Shown here one piece after another: positions 28,803 through 38,917 of a stretch of DNA of 64,000 nucleotides. Every line of letters begins with the position of its first letter. Position 1 is the first letter of the stretch. Made by a program: the position numbers and the translations under genes. Origin of the DNA: an uncultured delta proteobacterium (lineage in GTDB: Bacteria; Myxococcota; B64-G9). Under the pieces are notes generated by a model, which saw only the letters and a program-made list of their open reading frames with translations, did no database searches and had not been told where the DNA came from. Where the stretch lies: positions 1,120,001-1,184,000 of the forward strand of contig CAVWHX010000004.1 of assembly GCA_963754925.1 (NCBI GenBank), written 5' to 3'.

Positions 28803-28905
28803 ATGACGCGGCGGCTCACCGTCGAGGTGCTGGGCTGCCACGGCGGCGAGATGGCGGGACCGCCCCATCCCGATCATGAAGATGGGTGATCGATACCGGA
28901 TATGA
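28803..28905 (+). pseudogene. internally deleted MBL-fold cyclic-nucleotide phosphodiesterase remnant
   Basis: N-terminus MTRRLTVEVLGCHGGE; +1-frame tail PIPIMKMGDRYRI* whose TGA overlaps the folC ATG. Confidence 0.55.
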
Positions 28906-30278
28906 ATATCTCAGAAGTTACGGCTTTTCTGTACGCCCTTAAGCCGCCTGTCATCCACTTTGGCCTAGAGAACACCCGGCAGGTGTTGGCGAAACTGGGC
29001 AACCCGCAAACAGCTTTTCGGGTGGTGCACGTTGCCGGTTCCAACGGTAAGGGCTCTACCTGTGCGTTCCTTGACGCCATTCTTCGACAAGCTGGTTTTC
29101 GCGTCGGGTTGTTCACGTCGCCGCATCTGATCGACTATCGCGAGCGATTTGCTATCAACGGCAAGCTGGTCGATGATGCAGACATCGTAGCGGCGATGGA
29201 AAAAGTTTTGCGCGTGGGTCTTGAAATCGATCCGAGTGAGGTGTCCCAATTCATCGCGCGCGAGGACCTCCTCGATCGCATGCAGCCGGGGACCTGGTTT
29301 GGCCAACGCGGGGAGGCCAGCCGATTTACCGTGCTCACCTTCTTCGAGTGCACTACCGTCCTGGCGATGGTATTATTTGCCGAAGCCAACGTTGACGTTG
29401 CAGTGATGGAAACCGGCATGGGAGGCCGATTGGATGCCACCAATGTCGTTGCCCCGATGGTATCGGTAATCACGCCGATCCATATTGAGCACACCGCATG
29501 GTTGGGAGACACCCTCACGAAGATTGCAAAAGAGAAAGCCGGGATCATCAAGCCCGGTATTCCGGTGGTTGTCGCAGCCCAACACCCTGAAGCCCGGCTT
29601 GTGTTCGAACAAACCGCGATCGAGTTGCAAGCGCCGCTCTCGTTAATGGGCGTTGATTTTGATGGCGCCGGGGGCTGGCGCGCGGCCTCCTTCCGCGCCG
29701 GGGACAGACATTTTGGTCCGGTGCGGTTGGGGCTTCGCGGCGACCACCAGGTCATAAACGCTGCAGCGGCCGTCGGGTGCCTGCCCTGGCTCGAGCGGGA
29801 ACTTGGGCCAATTGCCGAATCCTCTTTGGAAATAGGTTTGCGGGAAGTTGTTTGGCCGGGACGCTTTGAATGTTTTGGGCAGCGCGGGGAATGGATTTTG
29901 GACGGCGCACACAATCCCGATGGGGCGAAAGTGCTCGCAAGCACGGTCCGCGATGTGTTTCCTTCGATGAAGCTCCGACTGTTGTTTGGGGTGCTTTCGG
30001 ACAAGCAGGCCGAGTTGATGTTAACGGAATTGCAGCCGCTCGCCGCTCAAATCGAGCTTGCCCGTCCGCTCGATGAGCGCGGCCGCGATCCGGAGAGCCT
30101 TCGACCGTTGGTGACGGGTCCTACCCGGGCGCACGCATCGGTGGCCGAGGCCCTTCAGCTTCTCTCCCGAGAAAGCGGACCGCCGATCCTCGTCACCGGA
30201 TCGTTGACCGTTGTCGGAGAGGCTCGAGCGTGGTTGCTCAGCCAGGGATTGCGTCCACTACGAGCTGATTTGTTGTGA
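28902..30278 (+). CDS. folC: folylpolyglutamate synthase/dihydrofolate synthase
   Basis: HVAGSNGKGS, FTSPHL, TFFE, ETGMGGRLDATN, EKAGIIK, WPGR, LDGAHNP. Confidence 0.96.
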   Translation: MNISEVTAFLYALKPPVIHFGLENTRQVLAKLGNPQTAFRVVHVAGSNGKGSTCAFLDAILRQAGFRVGLFTSPHLIDYRERFAINGKLVDDADIVAAMEKVLRVGLEIDPSEVSQFIAREDLLDRMQPGTWFGQRGEASRFTVLTFFECTTVLAMVLFAEANVDVAVMETGMGGRLDATNVVAPMVSVITPIHIEHTAWLGDTLTKIAKEKAGIIKPGIPVVVAAQHPEARLVFEQTAIELQAPLSLMGVDFDGAGGWRAASFRAGDRHFGPVRLGLRGDHQVINAAAAVGCLPWLERELGPIAESSLEIGLREVVWPGRFECFGQRGEWILDGAHNPDGAKVLASTVRDVFPSMKLRLLFGVLSDKQAELMLTELQPLAAQIELARPLDERGRDPESLRPLVTGPTRAHASVAEALQLLSRESGPPILVTGSLTVVGEARAWLLSQGLRPLRADLL

Positions 30279-30451
30279 AAAACCCGAGTAAAGAGTTGTT
30301 ATAATTATCTAGTTTATAATGAGTTATCAGTAAGAAACTTGTGGTGCGGAGTCTCGTATGATAGCATTTTGTAGTGTTTTTAGAGAAAGAATTGTCTTTG
30401 CACTATCAGAATAAAAACTGAGATTGTTCTGATACATCGGGAGGTAGTGGG

Positions 30452-32378
30452 ATGCTCAGGGGAAGAAAACCAAGGGTCGTATGGTTTCTTTCGCTGGTTT
30501 TTGGGGTAGCACTGCCCGCCTTAGCAAATCCAGCCAATCGAATCCACCAGGTGCGCCTATCGCAAGAAAGTGGGCAGACCGTGGTTGAAATTGCCGGCGA
30601 TCGCGCTTTGAATTTCACCACGTTTAAGCAGGATGCGCCCAAACGGGTGGTTGTCGACATGGCGGAGTGCTCCTTCACCGGGGTGCCGCGGAATATTGCT
30701 GGTGACGGCCAGTTGGTTGACACCATATCCACCTCGGAAGTTACCGGAGGTCCTCATAACATATCCAGGGTGGTAATCAGTTTGTCGCGGGAGGTTGAGT
30801 ACCGCGTGACGGCCCGGGGGGGCTCTCTGTTTATTTATCTCACTCCGGGAACAGGCGGTTTATTGGTTTCTGCCGGCATACCTATGGCGCCAGAACGATC
30901 GGAATCAACCACTGCCCTGGATTCATCAAAAACATCTAAAAACACCAACCTTTCCCTCCCCATCGGGGAAGAGGTTAAACCAATTCAGCTCGCCATGGCA
31001 ACGCAGAAAGATACGACAGCCCGTGAGGAAAGATCTATTGAACCTATTCGTGAGCTACCGTCAGCTACGGTAGTAGAACCAAAGCCAACGCAAGCGCCCG
31101 AACCAAAACTAACGCCGGTTGTTGAATCGAAACCGGAACCTAAGCAAGAACCGAAAGCTAAGGCCATACCGGTAGTAGAACCAAAGCCAACGCAGGCGCC
31201 CGAACCAAAACTAACGCCGGTTGTTGAATCGAAACCGGAACCTAAGCAGGAACCGAAAGCTAAGGCCGTACCGGTAGTAGAAGAGAAACCTGCCCCGGTG
31301 TCCGAGCCGAAACCAGCACCAGCGGTTGTTTCCAAACCAATGCCAGAGCCGGCGACAGAGCCTAAGGCGATGCCTACGATGGAACCAAAAGTAGCTCCAG
31401 CGCCTGAGGCCAAGGCGACGGTAGTGGCTGAATTAACATCAACACTGCCACCCGTGCCGGAATCTAAACCTACTCCGGTGGCAGCACCAACGCCCGCTTC
31501 TGCGCCGAAGCTAACGCCTACGCCGATAGCTGAATTAAAACCAGCGCCGGCGCCCGTGGAGCCTAAACCCCCGCAGATCCGAGAGCAAAAGACGGTTCCT
31601 GCGTCTGAACCAAAGCCCGTACGCATTGCTCAGTTAACGCCAACGCCTAAACCCACGCCGGTAGAGGAAGTAAAACCTGCGTATCCACCTGAAACAAAAG
31701 TTGCATCTTTAGTCCCCCCCCCACCGACCGCCGACCGGAAACAAGCACCCGCCAAAACCGAGGAACCAGTACAGGAAAAAACACCGCTTGTGACCCCGAC
31801 AAAATCGGTAAGCTCGGTTTCAAAGACCGAACGAGTTAAAGGTGCCGCCGCCGGCTGAAATGGTTGTGGAGGCCCCCTCGCAGCCTCCAGTTCCCGAGGA
31901 CCAGATCGAAGATATTTCACCGCCTGCACCACCACCGCCAAAAGCAGCAACTGACGAGGCGCCCCAAAAGCTGAAGGTCAGGAGTAACGAGCCTCCTTCC
32001 CGGCCAAGGGCTACGGAATTCGTAAGTCGTGTCGGCATCTCACGATCAAACAAAAGGATGACCTGGGTTGGTTTTCAACAAACACAGGATTCCTCTCAGG
32101 TTTTCGTTAAAACGAACGAGCCGGTCCGCTATCGGGTAATTGAGGAGACAGAGCGGCTGGTGATCTTAGAACTAGAAAACACAATGATACCCAAGCGCAA
32201 TGACCGGCGCTTTTTGGACACGCACTTTTTTAATACAGCGGTCACCATGATCACCCCGCGCGAGGTGGTTGGACCAGATCGCAATGTCCGTATTGAAATC
32301 CAGTTAAAAGATCGAGTGCCGTACACCACCGGACAGGAATCAAATGTGGTGTTCATTCGTTTCCAGCTCCCGAAGTAA
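30452..32378 (+). CDS. AMIN domain - Pro/Glu/Lys-rich linker - AMIN domain protein, frameshifted near 31825
   Basis: Signal peptide; AMIN (PKRVVVDM...SRVVISL); C-terminal AMIN-like domain in ORF 31842-32378 (RLVILELEN...VRIEIQLK). Confidence 0.72.
31070..31282 (+). repeat. 102-bp (34-aa) tandem duplication in the linker
   Basis: gtagtagaa starts recur at 31070, 31172 and 31274. Confidence 0.85.
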
Positions 32379-32615
32379 CGCGTCTGACGTGCAAACCATA
32401 TTTTCGTTGTTCTAGAACCTTCTCTCATTCCCGCGGATGACTTTTTTGGCTATATCATGGCCGTCTAAATTCGATTTTTTCAGGGATGACTAATTAGCGC
32501 TAATACTCTTCATTAAAACTTAACTGCCGGGCTCCTTGACGATCTGCTTAGCGAAATACAGATTAAGTTCGTGTTAGAGCTGCCTGGCGACGGCTACGAG
32601 GAAGGAGTATAAACT

Positions 32616-33359
32616 ATGCCTGGTACGATACTGAAAGATAAAGTTGCCCTGGTAACGGGAAGCAGCAGGGGAATCGGCAGGGGCGCAGCGATAGAGCTGG
32701 CGCGGTCGGGCGCATCGGTCATCATCAATTACAACTCCAGCAAGGCCGCGGCCGAAAGCGCCCTGGTTGAGATCAATTCCGGTGGAGGTAAGGCATGCAT
32801 TGTCAAAGCGGATGTGTCTGAGCCGGGAGATGTGGAGAGATTGATGAATGAATCCAAACGTATTTTCGGCGACATAACTATACTGGTAAACAATGCCGGC
32901 ATTGCAAAAGTTCAACTTTTTGAAAATGTCACCGAAAACGATTGGGACGAGATCATCAAGGCAAATCTGAAATCCGTATTTCTGATGACCCGCGCGGTTT
33001 TGCCGGCGATGCGGAAACTCCGGTGGGGACGGATCGTAAATATATCCTCATTGGCCGCGCGTACCGGCGGCGCCGTGTCGCCGCAATATACAGCTTCAAA
33101 AGCCGGCATCCTCGGCCTGACTCGGTTTTATGCCAAGGCCTTGATGAAAGAAGGCATCACGGTCAATGCAGTTGCGCCCGGGCTTATCGACACCGATATT
33201 CTCAAAAACTCCCCTGGAAATCCCTTCAATCCGAATCAGGTGCCTCTGGGAAGGTTCGGCAACGTAGACGAGATCGCTTCGGCAGTGCTGTTTCTGGTCC
33301 AAAACGAATTCGTCACCGGCCAGACGATAGATGTAAACGGCGGGGCGTATTTTCATTGA
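32616..33359 (+). CDS. SDR family oxidoreductase (FabG-like)
   Basis: TGSSRGIG, NNAG, YTASK, VNAVAPG. Confidence 0.92.
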   Translation: MPGTILKDKVALVTGSSRGIGRGAAIELARSGASVIINYNSSKAAAESALVEINSGGGKACIVKADVSEPGDVERLMNESKRIFGDITILVNNAGIAKVQLFENVTENDWDEIIKANLKSVFLMTRAVLPAMRKLRWGRIVNISSLAARTGGAVSPQYTASKAGILGLTRFYAKALMKEGITVNAVAPGLIDTDILKNSPGNPFNPNQVPLGRFGNVDEIASAVLFLVQNEFVTGQTIDVNGGAYFH

Positions 33360-33364
33360 TATAC

Positions 33365-33402
33365 TTTAAAGTCACCCCCGCCTGCGCGGGGGTGACTTTA
33401 AA
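33365..33402. terminator. REP-derived palindrome, probable terminator
   Basis: tttaaagtcacccccgc-ctgc-gcgggggtgactttaaa just after the SDR stop. Confidence 0.6.
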
Positions 33403-33540
33403 ACGATGGCCATCCTTTTAAAACATTACAAATCTTCTGACATACTACGTGCCATCGGTGTAATTCTGTTTCAATCAACCTAGACGAGTTCAGTTTTTTG
33501 CTACGCCTTAGCTTTTGGATTAGATTTATGGATAGAGGTC

Positions 33541-34218
33541 ATGTCCATGTCCGATTGCTTAAACTGCCATCAACCGATGCCCGATGGGGCTGCTATTTGT
33601 CCACAATGCGGCGCCGATGTGGAGAAGATCCGCGCCATGCTTACTCCCAGCTATGACTCGAGCCCCCCACACGGGCAACCCTTGACGAGCACAAGCATGG
33701 CAAAGGATAACTCCTCAAAGAAGTGGCTCATCATCATGGTACTTGTCGCGGTTGGTGCCGGAGCCTTCTGGTACTTTCGGGTCCAGAATGCCGGGTTTGG
33801 CATCGACAAGTACAAGGAAATGGTTTCAATGGCGCAGCGAGCACTGCCGCTTTTGCGTCAGAAACTGAACGCGCCGGCGGGGGATTTGGTGGAGTCGTTT
33901 CGAGGCACTCCGGCGGGAGAGCTTTTGAAAGTCGATCAGAAGTTTTTCCAAGATCTGGGGCCGATTCTCTCCAAGGGAATCGCTGACTGCGCCGGCGCCT
34001 CTGGCAATATCGAAAGCCTGAAGCAGCAATACCAGCGGACGCGCGAACCGCTAGCCAAGAGGATCGCGCTGAACCAAATAAACCCGCTTTTAGGTTTGGC
34101 CGTTATGCAAGTATTCACGGATCAGATGAAGGCGACAGAGCCCGATCTCGAATCCTTTGTGGCAAGCTGCCCCCGCGAATCGAAGGCTTTAAACTTCTTG
34201 TTGGAAAAAAATAAATAG
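33541..34218 (+). CDS. zinc-ribbon membrane protein, function unknown
   Basis: CLNC...CPQC; one TM helix (WLIIMVLVAVGAGAFWYF). Confidence 0.65.
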   Translation: MSMSDCLNCHQPMPDGAAICPQCGADVEKIRAMLTPSYDSSPPHGQPLTSTSMAKDNSSKKWLIIMVLVAVGAGAFWYFRVQNAGFGIDKYKEMVSMAQRALPLLRQKLNAPAGDLVESFRGTPAGELLKVDQKFFQDLGPILSKGIADCAGASGNIESLKQQYQRTREPLAKRIALNQINPLLGLAVMQVFTDQMKATEPDLESFVASCPRESKALNFLLEKNK

Positions 34219-34553
34219 TCCGGCAGAAACATAAGTTCTTTGTAACAACCTATGGTCGAACGACTGCGATCTCCATCATGAAGACGTGAAATATAATTCC
34301 ACGACGCAGCTTATACGTCTGTTTAAAGCCGCAATCCTCACCCCTTAGGATCGGTCGATTCACCTTTATTAATAATCTTTCCCGATGGTTATTCGAGCAC
34401 ATTTCGAGCTAGAAGGACAGAGTTGATAGTTGGGCAGCTGAATTTCTTTTTCATTTGCTAACCTAAAAAAGGCCTGATAATACTATCTCCCGCCGTGGCG
34501 GAACTGGTTTTTGCCGGGGTTTAGGGAAAGGTGACACCGTGTAATATTTTCAG

Positions 34554-34571
34554 TTGACATTGCAGTCAATC
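34554..34571. promoter_or_regulatory. palindromic operator upstream of the beta-oxidation operon
   Basis: TTGACATTGCAGTCAATC matches 9935-9952 at 15 of 18 positions. Confidence 0.7.
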
Positions 34572-34637
34572 GTAACTAGACTTGCTCCGAAATTTGTCTG
34601 GTGGTTCGTAATTCCTGCCGATCTATGAGGAGGGCTC

Positions 34638-37097
34638 ATGAAGCGCAAGATTAAGAAGGTGGCGGTGCTCGGAGCCGGCATAATGGGTACCGGTATTGCC
34701 GCGCACCTGGCCAACTGCAACATCCCCTGTTTCCTGTTGGACATCGTCCCACGGGACCTAACCCCGGAAGAAAAGGAGAAGGGGCTTACCACCTCGTCGC
34801 CTGCCTTCCGCAACCGGCTTGCGGTAAGTTCGTTGGAAAACGCGATCAAGAATCGCAGGCCCATACCGGCGTTCTATCAAAATGGTTTCGCCGATTTGAT
34901 CACCTGCGGCAACCTCGAGGACAACCTCGAGTGGCTCAAGGAGTGTGACTGGATTGTCGAGGTGGTGATCGAGAACGTCGACATCAAGCGCAAGGTGTTC
35001 GCGAATGTCGAGAAGTACATGAAGAAAGATGCAATTGTTTCCTCAAACACCTCAGGTATCCCTATTTCGGCCATGACCGAAGGTCGATCGGAAGCGTTCA
35101 AGAAGAACTTTTTGGTCACGCACTTCTTTAATCCGGTGCGGTTCATGAAGTTGTTGGAGATCGTTCCCGGTCCGACCACCGACCCGGAGATAATCAAGTT
35201 CATGGCCGAGCTGGGCACCGATGTGCTCGGCAAGGGTGTGGTGTACGGCAAGGACACCTGCAACTTTGTCGGCAATCGAATCGGCGTGCACGGGGCGGTG
35301 CGGACATTAAAGGAAATGATGGACAAGGATTACACCATCGAAGAGGTGGATGCGTTCGTCGGCGAACCAATGGCCAGACCAAAAATGGGCATGTTCCGGC
35401 TCAACGACATGGTTGGCCTCAACACCTTGGTGCACATCATCGACAACTGTTACGCCAACCTGCCAAAAGACGAATGCCGCGATCTCTTCAAGGTGCCTGC
35501 TTTCATGAAAACCATGGTCGATAAAAAGCTTCTCGGCCTGAAGACCAAAGCCGGTTTCTACAAGAAGGACAAAGGCGCCGAGGGGGATGACAGCAAGGGC
35601 CAATTAGTTATTGATTGGAAGACCGGCGATTACCGCCCGTCGGAAAAAGTAAAAATTGATTCTATTAAATCGTCAAAAAACATCGAAGATCCGCGCGAAC
35701 GCATTAAATCAGTCGTTTTAAGCGACGATCGCGCCGGCAAATTTATATGGCCGGTTATTGCCGACACGTCGATCTATGCCGGCAATCGAATCGGAGAAAT
35801 TGCCGATGACGTTGTTCAGATAGACAACGCCATGAAGTGGGGCTACAACTGGCAGCTTGGGCCGTTCGAGACTTGGGATGCGGTGGGGTTTGTCGAGTCA
35901 TGCAAGCGGATGAAGGCCGAAGGCCGCAAGCTCCCGCCGATCGCCGAAGCCATCCTGGCCGCCGGCGGCAAAGGATTCTATCGTGAAGAAAAGGGGCGGA
36001 AGGAATTTTTCGATCTGCGCAGCAAGTCATACAAGCCGGTTCCGCGCGATGAGAAGAATATCGATCTCGCGGAACTCAAGAAGGCCGGAAAGGAAATCGC
36101 CAGCAATACCAGCGCTTCGCTTATCGACATCGGCGACGGGGTCATCTGCTGCGAGTTCCACACCAAGATGAACGCCATCGATACCGACTTGACCGATATG
36201 CTCGTAAAAGGCGTTGAGCTCATCGAAAACGATGACCGCTACATCGGCATGGTGATCGGCAACCAGGGAGAAAACTTCAGCGTCGGCGGCAACCTGATGG
36301 TTATATTTGGGACCGCCCAGCAGGCTAAAGATGCCGCCACCGATGGCGAGCGAAACAAAATCTGGGCGGAATTTAAGGCTGGGATGAAAAGGATTCAGGA
36401 CGCTACGATGTGCCTCAAGTATTCCTCGAAGCCCGTGGTGGCGGCGCCCTTTGGGATGGCGCTCGGCGGTGGCGCGGAGATCTCCATGGGCGCCGATCGC
36501 ATCTGCGCCCATGCCGACCTATTCATGGGCCAAGTTGAGCTCGGTGCCGGTTTGATACCCGGCGCCGGCGGCAACAAAGAATTGCTCATCCGCACCATGG
36601 AAGGTATGCCCGAAGTCGACGGCGTCTCGCCCTTCCAATATACGCGCGCGGTGTTTGAGACCATCGCCATGGCCAAGGTGTCGATGAGCGCTCATGAAGC
36701 GCTGGCCTCGCACTTTTTGCGACCTAGCGACAAGATCGTTACCAACAAGGACCATTTGATCTACACCGCCAAGAAGATGGTTCAGGCCATGCACCTTGAA
36801 GGGTACACTCAGCCGCTGCCGCGCAAGATCAAGGCGGCCGGCGAAATCGGGTTTGCGACCTTCAAGATGATAGTGGACTCGATGTGCAAGCTCAACATGA
36901 TTACCGAACATGAGAAGTTTATAACCGAAAGACTTGCCTGGGTGCTCTGCGGCGGCAAAGCCAACGGGCGCATCAACGTCAGCGAGCAATACCTGCTCGA
37001 TCTCGAGCTGGATGAGTTCGTCAATCTGGCTAAGACCGAAAAGTCCCAGGAACGTATGCAACACTTGCTCATGAAGGGTAAGCCCTTGCGCAACTAG
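34638..37097 (+). CDS. fadN: 3-hydroxyacyl-CoA dehydrogenase / enoyl-CoA hydratase (FadN-like)
   Basis: VLGAGIMGTGIA, SSNTSGIP, THFFNPVR, MKWGYNW, ALGGGAE, GKPLRN C-terminus. Confidence 0.92.
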   Translation: MKRKIKKVAVLGAGIMGTGIAAHLANCNIPCFLLDIVPRDLTPEEKEKGLTTSSPAFRNRLAVSSLENAIKNRRPIPAFYQNGFADLITCGNLEDNLEWLKECDWIVEVVIENVDIKRKVFANVEKYMKKDAIVSSNTSGIPISAMTEGRSEAFKKNFLVTHFFNPVRFMKLLEIVPGPTTDPEIIKFMAELGTDVLGKGVVYGKDTCNFVGNRIGVHGAVRTLKEMMDKDYTIEEVDAFVGEPMARPKMGMFRLNDMVGLNTLVHIIDNCYANLPKDECRDLFKVPAFMKTMVDKKLLGLKTKAGFYKKDKGAEGDDSKGQLVIDWKTGDYRPSEKVKIDSIKSSKNIEDPRERIKSVVLSDDRAGKFIWPVIADTSIYAGNRIGEIADDVVQIDNAMKWGYNWQLGPFETWDAVGFVESCKRMKAEGRKLPPIAEAILAAGGKGFYREEKGRKEFFDLRSKSYKPVPRDEKNIDLAELKKAGKEIASNTSASLIDIGDGVICCEFHTKMNAIDTDLTDMLVKGVELIENDDRYIGMVIGNQGENFSVGGNLMVIFGTAQQAKDAATDGERNKIWAEFKAGMKRIQDATMCLKYSSKPVVAAPFGMALGGGAEISMGADRICAHADLFMGQVELGAGLIPGAGGNKELLIRTMEGMPEVDGVSPFQYTRAVFETIAMAKVSMSAHEALASHFLRPSDKIVTNKDHLIYTAKKMVQAMHLEGYTQPLPRKIKAAGEIGFATFKMIVDSMCKLNMITEHEKFITERLAWVLCGGKANGRINVSEQYLLDLELDEFVNLAKTEKSQERMQHLLMKGKPLRN

Positions 37098-37124
37098 CGC
37101 GAGGCTTAATTAAGGAGAACTGCC

Positions 37125-38313
37125 ATGACGAGAGAAGCGGTAATCGTCAGCGCCGCCCGCACCCCGATCGCCCGTTATCGCCGGGGAAAACTGAAGGACA
37201 CCCACCCGGTGACCTACGGCGCGGTAGCTGTGCGGGAGGCTGTTAATGAGAGTCAAAGGATTAAACGAAGAAGAAATTGACGATCTGATTGTGGGCTGCG
37301 CCATGCCCGAGGCGGAATTGGGTATGAACATGGCCCGATTGATAGGGCTCGCGGCCAAGCTGCCCTACCAGGTTTCGGCCCAGACCGTCAATCGCTTCTG
37401 CGCCTCGGGCCTGCAAACCATTTCCATGGGGGCCGAGCGCATCATGTTGGGAGAAGCCGATGTCATTGTTGCCGGCGGGTGCGAGTCCATGACCATGGTT
37501 CCGATGGGCGGCAATAAGCTCGCCGGCGATCCAAAACTCGTCAACGAGTGGGTTGATGCGTATTCCCCCATGGGTCTGACGGCCGAGAACGTGGCGAAGA
37601 GGTTCAACATCTCGCGCGAACGCCAGGATAAATTCGCCCTGCGCAGCCATCAAAACGCCATCCGGGCAATCGACGAGGGTCGCTTCAAGAGCCAGATCGT
37701 GCCGGTAAAAACCGAGACGATCGAAGAGGGCAAAGATGGCCGACCGGTTGTCAAGCAGGTTACCGTGGATGTCGACGAAGGACCGCGCCGCGATACCACG
37801 CTTGAGGGCCTGGCTAAACTGAGACCCGCATTCGATCCCAAGGGCTCGGTAACCGCCGGCAACTCATCGCAGATGAACGACGGAGCGGCGTTTGTGGTGA
37901 TGATGAGCCGTGAGAAGGCCAAGAGCCTCAAGCTCAAGCCGATGGCCGTGTATCGGCACTTCCAGGTCGCCGGCGTGCCGCCCGAGATCATGGGCGTCGG
38001 GCCGGCCTATGCCATCCCCAAATTATTGAACAAGGCGGGCATGAAGAAAGAGCAGATCGACCTGTGGGAGATCAACGAGGCGTTCGCTTCGCAGGCGCTC
38101 TACTGCGCCGAAGACGTGCTCAAGCTCGACATCGAAAAGGTCAACCCCAACGGCGGCGCAATCGCCCTGGGCCACCCGCTCGGATGCACCGGCGGCTTCT
38201 TAACCAACAAGCTGTTGTACGAGATGGAGCGTTCCAACCTGCGCTGGGGCGTGGTCAGCATGTGCATCGGCGGCGGTATGGGTGCGGCCGGCCTCTTCGA
38301 GCGCGAGAAGTAG
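37125..38313 (+). CDS. fadA: acetyl-CoA C-acyltransferase (thiolase), frameshifted near 37245
   Basis: AAGGAG RBS, MTREAVIVSAARTP; NRFCASG, NEAFA, GHPLG, CIGGGMG. Confidence 0.9.
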
Positions 38314-38395
38314 ACCTATCTTTCGCTAAGCTGCACGATTCCAAGGCATAAGCTTCATCAGCTGATCAGACATTTTTGACTCAGCGATGGTTAAC

Positions 38396-38506
38396 TCATA
38401 TACGCCGTTGCGGAACTCCAATCGACTTGGCAAGCCGGTATTGAGTTATACCCATCGGCTTAAGAAAATCCTCTAACAGAATCAAACCGGGATGCACCGG
38501 CGGCAT
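38396..38506 (-). pseudogene. higA: truncated HigA (VapI-type) antitoxin
   Basis: [36 protein letters not shown]; preceded by HVEIANYH*, resembling a HigB C-terminus. Confidence 0.75.
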
Positions 38507-38917
38507 GTCTCTTTTTTTATTTTTTCTCCTTCAATGGTAGTTGGCAATTTCAACATGTGTTTCAAGCCACTCCTTTAAGAGAGTCATATCTCAGTAGTCC
38601 CCGAGAGCCTTGCGGACTTCAATCTCCTCTAAGCCAATCTCGATTGCCCGCTTCACGTCCTCCTTAAAATTTTTACTTGTTGGAAGGTGGTTAGATTCTT
38701 GTGATTAGGGAAGGAACGGTATACACTTGTTATAGTAAGGGGGACGTCCAATTAGAATCAAAGGGGCATTTGTTCTTCTGGGGTTTTCTCTTTGTGTTTT
38801 CTGTTTGATTTCAGCTTTGAGGGGCGGGGGAAAGTCGACCCCTCCAAGGAAATAGGCGGTTTATTCTTATTATCCATATTCATCTACTGTTCGGGCTAGT
38901 TCCGAGAGGGGGGTTCA

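Noticed and set aside
34488..34530. tRNA-like GTGGCGGAACTGGT segment
   Set aside because: No anticodon or T arm could be folded
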